The notes under the pieces: model-generated
The model's input: only the letters and a program-made list of their open reading frames with translations
The model's database searches: none
What the model was told of the DNA's origin: nothing
Part shown: piece by piece, positions 54,821 to 64,000 of the stretch
Layout of the letters: each line of letters begins with the position of its first letter
Numbering within the stretch: the stretch's first letter is position 1
Source: Octopus sinensis
Taxonomy: Eukaryota
DNA length: 64,000 nucleotides
Assembly: GCF_006345805.1 (NCBI RefSeq)
Contig: NC_043011.1
Location: forward strand, 25,370,464 to 25,434,463
Direction of reading: 5' to 3'
Program-made: the position numbers and the translations under genes

Positions 54821-54894
54821 CCTCCGCTGCTGCCACTGCTGCTCCCTCATACCTATAAACTGTGAGTTGAGATGGTAGTTCAATGCTGTAACCC

Positions 54895-55162
54895 CAGTGA
54901 TTCTCAATCAGGTTCCATATGGCCCTTGGGGGTCCATATAAGATTTTGTTGTTAAAATTTGTCTGCGATAAATTGCTTATACTTGTACAATACACAAAAT
55001 AATTTAACAATTTTTTAAAATGCAATTCCTAATAATATTTAATTATGAAAATATTTTATAGCATTTTATTAAACATTGAATGGCTAGTAGGTGGCGGGGT
55101 TCCACCTGTGTAAAATAGGAACCAAAGGGATCCATAGGTAAAAGAATGGCTGAGAAACACTG
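54895..55162. mobile_element. hAT-type MITE
   Basis: TIRs cagtgattctca / tgagaaacactg; internal similarity to 1464..1828 in reverse. Confidence 0.6.
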
Positions 55163-55375
55163 TTTTGCCCTGTGACAAACAAGCAAGTGAATGACGATGT
55201 TAGTGTGATTATTCAACTGGCTAGAAACAGTAGCCAAATTTCCTTCTAAATCCACACCCTCCCACCTTAAGGATACATCAGGAAATGTGACCCACTGTTT
55301 TGCCCTAACCACACAGCCATCCTCATTAACCAGCATCACATGTCATAAAACACCTAACTCTCTCACCTCTTTCAG

Positions 55376-55490
55376 CCAGTTGACCTTCTCTATACACCTC
55401 CCACTGACCAAGATCATCAGATTTGCCATCTTCTATATCCTGGTACACTCTGTAGCAGACTTCACAACGAACAAGAGGACCTGAGACATC
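55376..55490 (+). CDS. CCDC177: Gene 3 CCDC177-like coding exon 2; no later exon found in the window
   Basis: ctctttcag| acceptor, |gtaagt donor, phase 0-1; PVDLLYTPPTDQ...HNEQEDLRH continues the VK|PV(D/E)LL motif. Confidence 0.82.
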
Positions 55491-55729
55491 GTAAGTAATC
55501 CTTTCTACTAAAGGCACAAGGCATGAAATTTTTTGGGGGTGGATTAGTCGATTGCATCAACCCCAGTGTTTCACTAGAACTTAATTTATCGACCCTGAAA
55601 GGATGAAATGTAAAGTTGACCTTGGTGGAATTGAACTCAGAATGCCACTAAGCATTTTGCCTGGCGTGCTAATGATTCTGCCAGCTTGCTGTCTTAGACA
55701 ATGTAAATAATGACACAACATAAGCAACA

Positions 55730-57140
55730 ACATGAGCAGCAGTAGTAGCAGCAGTAGCAGCAGCAACAACTACAACTATGGCAACAGCAGTAGTAATAGC
55801 AGCTGCATAAGCAACTGCAGAGACAACAGTAAAAACAAAGGCAACAATAGTTGCAATTACAACAATAGCTGTAGCAATAGGAACAACAAGAATATTGGCA
55901 ATAGCAACAATAGCAACAACAGTAGCAGTGGTAACAACAAGAGTAGCAATAGTAACAATAAGAATGTTGGCAATAGTAACAACAAGAGTAGCAATAGTAA
56001 CAACAAGAATATTGGCAATAGTAACAACAAGAGTAGCAATAGTAACAATAAGAATGTTGGCAATAGTAACAACAAGAGTAGCAATAGTAACAACAAGAAT
56101 ATTGGCAATAGTAACAACAAGAATATGGCAATAGTAACAATAAGAATATTTGCAATAGTAACAACAACAGTAGCAATAGTAGCAACAAGAATATTGGCAA
56201 TAGTAACAACAACAGTAGCAAGAGTAACAAGCTGTAGAAACTGTAATATCAGTAACCTTAGCAACTGGAACATTTGCAATAGTAATGGCAGTAATAAAAT
56301 AATGAATGCACCCTTTTAAAGCCTGGCCAGGCTCATGGGCTTGGTTTCTATGGCGTATGTGTTCCCCAGCTGGATGGGACGCCAGTCCATTGCAGCGTTA
56401 CTCATTTTTGCCAGCTGAGTGGACTGGAGCAACATGAAATGAAGTGTTTTGCTCATGGACAAAATGCGTCGCTCAGTCCAGGAATCGAAACCACAATCTT
56501 ACCATCATGATACTGACACCCTAACCACTAAGCCATGCACCTCCACAGTAATGGCAGTAGTAATACTAAAAACAAAATAAGCAATAGCAACAACAACAAT
56601 AGCAACAGCATTATCAATGGTAACAACATTAGCAATGGTGATGACAACAGTAACAATAGTAGCAATAGTAACAACAACAACAGTAGTCATGGTAGCATCA
56701 ACACACTCTACATGTTAACTCTGCTAAAACACACATTCAAAGGGACCTGGTAAACAGTTATGTCCGAGGGCCCTTAATACTCTCAGTCTGCCTCTGATCA
56801 CAGCTGTAGCAATAGTAACTTTAACAATGATAGCAACTGCATCATTAGCAATAGTAACAGCAGCAACAACTGTAACAATAGTAACAACAACAATAGCAAG
56901 AGTAACAACAACAATGGCAATAGTAATGACAATATTAGTAGGAGTAACACCATCACCATCACCACCACCAACAGCAACAACAACAACAGCAGTAGCAACA
57001 GCTTTTCCAATGGTAACAACATTAGTAATGACAATAATCATTGTAATATTAGCAACAGCATAATAGTAATAATAGCAAGAACAATAACAATAGCAACAAC
57101 AACAGTAGCAATAATAACAAAGCCAACAATAACTGCATTA
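55730..57140. repeat. (AAC/AGC/AGT/AAT) low-complexity region with 21/63-bp periodicity at 55880..56230
   Basis: aatattggcaatagtaacaacaag units; interrupted by a SINE. Confidence 0.85.
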
Positions 57141-57429
57141 GCAATATTGGTTTCAAATTTTGGTGCAAGGCCAGCAATTTCGGTGTTGCGGGGTAAGTGG
57201 ATTACCTTAACCCCAGCGCTCAACTGGTACTTATTTTATCGACCCTCAAAGGGATGGAAAGGTAAAATCGACCTTGGCACAATTTGAACTCAGAATGTAA
57301 GGACAAGCGAAGTGCCATTAAGCACTTCGCCTGGCTTGCTAACGACTCTGCCAGCTTGCCATCTTAACTGCATTAGCAACATAAACAACAGTCTTAACAA
57401 GAACAACAACAATAGTGATAACAACAATG

Positions 57430-57461
<32 letters not shown>

Positions 57462-57534
57462 AACTACTACTACTACTACTACTACTGCTGCTGCTACTGC
57501 CGCTGCCACTGCCACCACCACCACCACCACCACC

Positions 57535-57573
<39 letters not shown>

Positions 57574-57650
57574 GCTGCTGCTGCTGATGCCACTGCCGCC
57601 GCCACCACTAGCACTACCACCAATACCACCACCACCAGCACCACCACCTT

Positions 57651-57695
<45 letters not shown>

Positions 57696-57714
57696 CACCA
57701 CTACTACTACTACT

Positions 57715-57749
<35 letters not shown>

Positions 57750-58182
57750 TTACTACTACTACTACTACTATCACTACTACTACAGTAGCCATAAAATATT
57801 TTGTGAAAGCAATCCCTGGAACCAATGGTTTGAGCAACCATTGGTTCCCAGGATATTAACCATAATTATGCCATAAATTGCCTTTCATTGCCAGCATCAT
57901 CATCACCACAGCAGACATCAATGTTTGCAGCTGCTGCTGATGCTGCTGTTGTCGATGCTGCTGATGTCTGCTGCTCTTAAAGGCTGGTGCTACTGTTTCT
58001 ATTGCTGCTGTTAAAAGACCCTGCTGCCGTTGCTGCTGCTGTTAAAAGGTTGTTGCTCTCTGGTGTCTCTGCTACTGCTGCTGCTCCTGCTGCTGATCTT
58101 GCATATTTTATGTTCCTCCTGCTTTATTTTTTCTTTCTTACTAGTTTCAACTAGTGGGCTGTGGCCATGCTGGAGTGTATCA

Positions 58183-58565
58183 TCTCTCTCTATATAAACG
58201 GCAGTTTGTCTGTGCGTTTTCTGTGTGTCTGTTTTCTCGTACCCTCACTCTGACCACGGCTTTCAACCGATTCTGATGAAACTTGACACACACATAGCCC
58301 AATGTCATAATTCAATACTAACGCAGCGAAAATTTTGAAAAGTTCCCCCAGTTCTGAAAAAAATCGATAAATTCGACATGGGGTCGAGAATCAGAAACCC
58401 AAACCTCAGACCGTCTAGGGGACGCAACTCCACCTTTTTTAACTCTCAAAAAAAATTTACCATCATTTTTTTTCCATTTTTTTGCTATTTTTTGGCTATA
58501 ACTCTCTAAAAATGCTTTATAGTTATTTCCCTTACAACCTGAGCAACGCCGGGCGATACTGCTAG
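58183..58565 (+). mobile_element. Non-autonomous Helitron, same family as 51910..52294
   Basis: TC...CTAG ends inserted at A|T; high identity to the other copy. Confidence 0.88.
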
Positions 58566-59642
58566 TTTTATTTATTTTTATGAATCATTTTTTCATTTGC
58601 ATCATTTCCTTTAGATTTTAATGGCATTTAAAAAAAATTTCATTGACAAGTTTTTAAAAATATTTTTGTTGTTGTTTTCATCTTTTCTGTTTATTATTTT
58701 TGTTGTTTTGTAGGTAACGATGGTTTGCATTGGTGGCTGTGTGTGTGTGTGTGTATGTGTGCGTGTGTGTGTGTGTATGTGTGTGAGCATGTATATGCAT
58801 ATGTGTATAAGTGTGTGTATGTGTGCATATGTGTGTATATGTGTGTGTACAGGTATTTATGTGTGTGTATGTGTATGCATGTAAACATGTACATGTGTAT
58901 GCATGTGCATGTGTATGTGTATGTATGTGTGCATGTATGTGTGTATGTGTGTATATATGTGTGAGTGTATGTGCATGCATGTATGTGGTTAAGTGTATGC
59001 ATGTATGTATGTATTTGTGTGTGCATGTGTATATATGTGTCTATGTGTGTGTATGTGCATGTGTATGTATGTGTGCATGTATATACACACATACATGTGT
59101 ATATATGTGTGAGTGTATGTGCATGCTTGTATGTGGGTATGTGTATGCATGTATGTATGTATTTGTGTATGCATATGTATATGTGTCTATGTGTGTGTGT
59201 ATGTGTATGTGTGTGCATGTATGCATGTACGTGTACCTATGTGTGAGTGTTTGTGTATGCAGGGCTGTCACTGCATGGCCAAATTGTTAAGAAGTTTGCT
59301 TCACAATCACAAAGTCCCAGATTGACTTCCACAGCTTAACATCTTGGGGATGTATCATTTTCCACAGCCTCAGCTCAGCCCAAGCCTTGTAAGTGACATT
59401 GCAAATATGGAAACTGTGTTGAAGCCTCTCAGATGGATCATCCTGTAATTCAAAGGTCCAGTTTTGTAACACGCTGTGCTGTACTGTTTCTCTTTGATGA
59501 TTAAGCATACATTAAGAGCACACATCTTTTGGAATACTCAGCCACTTATAGGTTAACATACACACATACACACTTATACATATCTGTATACACGCATACA
59601 TACACACATACACACATATACACAGACACACATACATGTACA

Positions 59643-60805
59643 TCTATTGCATATGTAGAAAATTTGTGTATGTTTGTTTGTGGCATTGTTAGCTAACTCC
59701 TTCTACATCATTTTATTGATTTTAATGAAACTTAACATGTGAGTAGAACTCATGTCTGGAAACCTCATGACATACTTAGATTGTTGAAAAATTGATAATA
59801 CAGCCCTTGGAAGGGACCTTTATATCTATATCATATAACTAATTTTTTTTAAAACTTTCAAGTGAAATAACTCATAGCACCCATACACTATTGCTTATTA
59901 AACACTGAAGGGAAATAACCCATTTCATTGTTTCTGTTTGATTACTTTGAATATTACTCTTTTGTGTGTCCTATTTCTAATTTTTGCAGACAATATCACT
60001 TTTATACTTTGATATGCGAGTAGAACTCATGTCCGGAAACCTCGTGACATAATTAGATTGTTGAAAAAAAAAATCGATTATAGGACCCTTCCAATGGATC
60101 CTTCTATCTACTACATATTACTAATGTTTTATTTAAACAACTCAGGGAAATAACCCATACCACCAGCAGATTTTAGCAAAGCAATCAATATTTGATTCTC
60201 ACAGTCAGCCACCTAATTCTGCATTTCACTACTCACAGTTTTGAACTGCTAAACATTATTATTGCACTTCCTTAATTTGAATCTTAAACCTTAAAGACAT
60301 CATTCATACATTTCTATACATACATACTTTTTTTAATGCCCATTACTCCGATAATTCTGCATTTTTACAGTTACACTTTTTCCACAACAGATAAATTTTT
60401 TTATTCCACAAAGTATTTGTTGTGGCTTCATGCAGGCGTAGCGTGGATTCAATCCTCGATTGCCAAATTTCTCTTTTCTCACGGTAAAACTATTTTTTCT
60501 GTGAATGACAGCAGTTATACATTTCTCAGATGCTTTCGCATAGCAGAATAATGTCTTTGCCTCTTGCCAACTTCAAGCAACCTCTCTCACCAACTTCTGA
60601 CAATCTTTCTCGTCAACCTCCAAAAATCTCTCTCTCGCCAACCCCCAACAATCTCTCCCTCCTCCAGCTGACAGTTTTTGTACTTTTTTGTGATGGAAAA
60701 TACACCTTTTGTGGCAGTTATAACGAAATTGCTTCTTATATCAGAGTAATGAGATGTTTCTATAGAACATCTTTACCCCAAGGAATTACCGAGCATACCA
60801 GCTAG
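59643..60805 (+). mobile_element. Older Helitron-like element with internal direct repeat
   Basis: a|TC start, decayed hairpin and CTAG|t end; gagtagaactcatgtc block repeated at ~59740 and ~60018. Confidence 0.55.
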
Positions 60806-61489
60806 TATATACATATATACACACATACATACATACACATACATATATACATACACACACATACATACACACATACACACATGCCTACACATATACATGC
60901 ATACATACATACACACATACATACATATACAGATACACACATACATATACATATATGCATACATACTCACATACATACAAGTACATGTATACACACATAC
61001 ACACATACATACATGCATACATACATACATACATACACACATACATACATACAAACATACATACACACATACACATATACATGCATGTATACATACATAC
61101 ACACATGCATACACACATACATACGCACATATGCATACACACTCACATACATACATGTACATATATCTGTGTAAAAAGTTTGAATTAGATTCATCCTTTA
61201 ATTTGGAGGTTTCCAAAAAAAGATTTCTAATACAGATTCTTCATATTTTGCTGTAGCATATTTACTGGCATAAAATTGCAAATATAAAAATAATACATGT
61301 ATATGATGTGTTGTGAATTTATGGAAAGAAACCCCATAAAACTCAACAATTTTGATAAAAATGGAGAAAAGGTGTTAAAATATATAAGAGAATTTTGTTT
61401 CATGCAGATGATCGTTTCGTACAGCAATATAAAAATCATACAAATTTATGGTTGAATAGAATTAATTAAATTAATTAGATTAAATTAAA

Positions 61490-61891
61490 TCTATATATAT
61501 AAAACTGTAGTTGTGTGAGTGTCTGTCCCCTTCGATTTAGATTCCTAACTACTCCCACATTTTGCGGTGCAGTTTAACCAAAACCGGGTATCTTATAGTC
61601 GTGATTCATATCGAGCCCTTCTGGGTATTAGCGCGCGTCTACGATGAGTCTACGATTTTAAAAAAATTTACCATAATTTTTTTCCATTTTAATGCATCTT
61701 TTTCGCTATTATATAAGGGAAGTAACTCTCTAAAAATGTCTACGATGAGTCAACGATTTAAAAAAAAAATTACCATAATTTTTTTTCCATTTTTAATGCA
61801 TTTTTTTGCTATTTTTTGGCTATAACTCTCTAAAAATGCTTATATAGTTATTTCCCTTACAAACCCGAGCAACACCGGGCGATACTGCTAG
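61490..61891 (+). mobile_element. Non-autonomous Helitron with a different 5' half and shared 3' end
   Basis: a|TCTATATATAT start; 3' ~120 bp matches 52175..52294; CTAG|t. Confidence 0.85.
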
Positions 61892-62574
61892 TTAATTATA
61901 TATCACAGTATTCTACAGTGCAAGAAGTATAAACAAAATTTTTTTTTACAAAGGACTTGAGAAACGAAACAGCAAAATAGGTTCTTATTTATCCTTATGA
62001 GAAAGAAAGATATGTGTTCATCCAGTTAGGTATTAGCTGAAACATATATGCATACATACATACGCACATACATACATGCATACACATATACATACATACA
62101 CACACATACATACACACATATACACATACACACATACATATACATATATGCATACATACTCACATCCATACAAGTACATGTATACACGCATACATACATA
62201 CATAAATACATACACACAAACAAACATATATACATACACACGCAAATATACATACATACAACATACATACATACATACATACACATACATGCATACATAC
62301 AGACATGCATACACACATACATACACATACACAACAGCTATAGCCATCGGTGGATGGTTAAGTCAGTCCTGCAACTGAATAGTTTTCATCAAAAATTGAT
62401 TAAGATGCCTTTTTTTTATTGTTTTGTTTGAATGAATGTGTGTGTGTGTGTGTGTATGTATGAGAGAGAGAATCTTATGTGTATATGTGTGTGTTAGTGT
62501 GTGTTTAGTGTATGTGTGTTTAATGTGTGTGTGTTTGTTATTATGTGTGAGTCCAGTTCTATGTAGTCTGTTCT

Positions 62575-62610
<36 letters not shown>

Positions 62611-62654
62611 TTTAGTGTGTGTTTAGTGTGTGTGACAGAATCATATGTGTATAT

Positions 62655-62886
62655 ATTTCTTTACTACCTACAAGGGGTTAAACACAGAGGAGACAAACAA
62701 GGACAGACAAAGGGATTAAATCGATTACATCGGCCCCAGTGCGTAACTGGTACTTAATTTATCGACCCCAGAAGGATGAAAGGCAAAGTCGACCTTGGCG
62801 GAATTTGAACTCGGAACGTAACGGCAGACGAACTACGGCAATGCATTTCGCCCGGCGTGCTAACGTTTCTGCCAGCTCGCCGCCTA
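62655..62886 (-). mobile_element. tRNA-derived SINE, young copy of the 8768 family
   Basis: Reverse complement match, CpGs retained, flanking repeat atgtgtatat. Confidence 0.85.
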
Positions 62887-64000
62887 ATGTGTATATGTGT
62901 GTGTGTGTGTTTGTTATTATGTGTGAGTCCAGTTGTTTGTAGTCTGTTCTTGTGTGTGTGTGTGTGTTGTGTGTGTGTGTGTATACATGTCTGTGTGTGC
63001 ATGTTGAACATGTGTCTGTGTATTGGCATGTATGAATGTACATGTTCTATGTGAGCCTGTGTATTAGCATCTATATGTGTGTGTGAGCATGCACGTTGTA
63101 TGTGCGTCTATGTATTAACTTGTATGTGTATTCATGTGAGTGTGCATGCACATTGCATGCATGCCTGTGTCAGCATGTGTGTGTGTGTGCATGCACATTG
63201 CATATGTACCTGTATCACCATGTATGTGTGTGCACTTGGTCTCTGTATTAAAGCATGTGTATGTGTGTATGTGCATGCACATTGCATGTGTGCCTGTATC
63301 AGCATGTGTGCATGTGTGTGTGTGTGCATGCACATTGCATATGTACCTGTATCAGCATGTATGTGTGTGCACTTGTTCTCTGTATTGACTTGAGTCTCTG
63401 TATTGACACATGTGTATGTGTGTGTGTGTGTGTGTGTGTGTATGCATTTTGTATGTAAGTCTGGGCATTAGCATGCATGTGTGTGTGTGTGTGTGTGTGC
63501 GTGCATGCACATGTGCATGTGCGTATGTGTGTGTTCTGGTCAATGCATTCAGTGATGGCTCATTAGAAACAACCTAACTGTTGTTATTGTTGACATTTTC
63601 ATTAACAAAGAAAACGTTATCATTATTGTTTTAGTTACTGTCTTCAACACCATCATCATCATCATCACTATCGTCATCACCATCGTCATCACCATCATTA
63701 TCATCATCATCGTCGTCATCGCTGTCATCGTCATCACTGACATGGTTGTCATCATCATCATCATCTTTCGTTGTATAGCTGTACTGTCATCATTTTAATC
63801 CTGGCAACATCATAACCATGACAACATCTTAATTACTATCTGTCATCATCGTCACCACCAACACCACCAAAACCACCATCACCACCACCACCACCACCAC
63901 CACCACCACCACCACCACCACCACCACCACCACCACCATGATGATGACCATCATCATCTTCATCATCGCCACCGTCCTCATCATTATCGTGTTATTTTTC

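Noticed and set aside
55694-57876. Long ORFs rich in Ser/Asn/Thr/Leu/Val/Cys
   Set aside because: Translations of trinucleotide low-complexity DNA, open in several frames on both strands, with no splice support
58678-63543. His/Thr/Tyr and Cys/Val/Met-rich ORFs
   Set aside because: (CA)/(TA)/(CATA) microsatellite translations
55491-64000. Third coding exon of the CCDC177-like gene
   Set aside because: No phase-1 acceptor followed by a convincing coiled-coil frame was found; likely beyond the window

Overview
Eukaryotic, AT-rich, extremely microsatellite- and SINE-dense genomic DNA, most consistent with an octopus/cephalopod genome (inference from repeat content). Three spliced protein-coding genes were reconstructed by hand from GT-AG sites, intron phases and translation. 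(1) + strand 359..20301: the 3' part (10 exons, ~688 aa) of a single-pass membrane protein. It carries three tandem 20-Cys modules of EB/EGF-like repeats, an internal RFKR site, an Asn/Asp-rich linker, a TM helix and a short tail ending in -SRL. (2) - strand 30756..22916: a 5-exon CRAL-TRIO protein very similar to RLBP1/CRALBP/clavesin, whose frame needs two 1-nt insertions (probably assembly errors). (3) + strand from 53720: the first two coding exons of a CCDC177-like gene that the ORF track misses. The rest is retroelement remnants (RTE, Penelope-like, CR1/L2-like, L1/Tx1-like), tRNA-derived SINEs, non-autonomous Helitrons, hAT and mariner MITEs, long palindromes, and mini/microsatellites. 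Nearly all other ORF-track entries are repeat artefacts.
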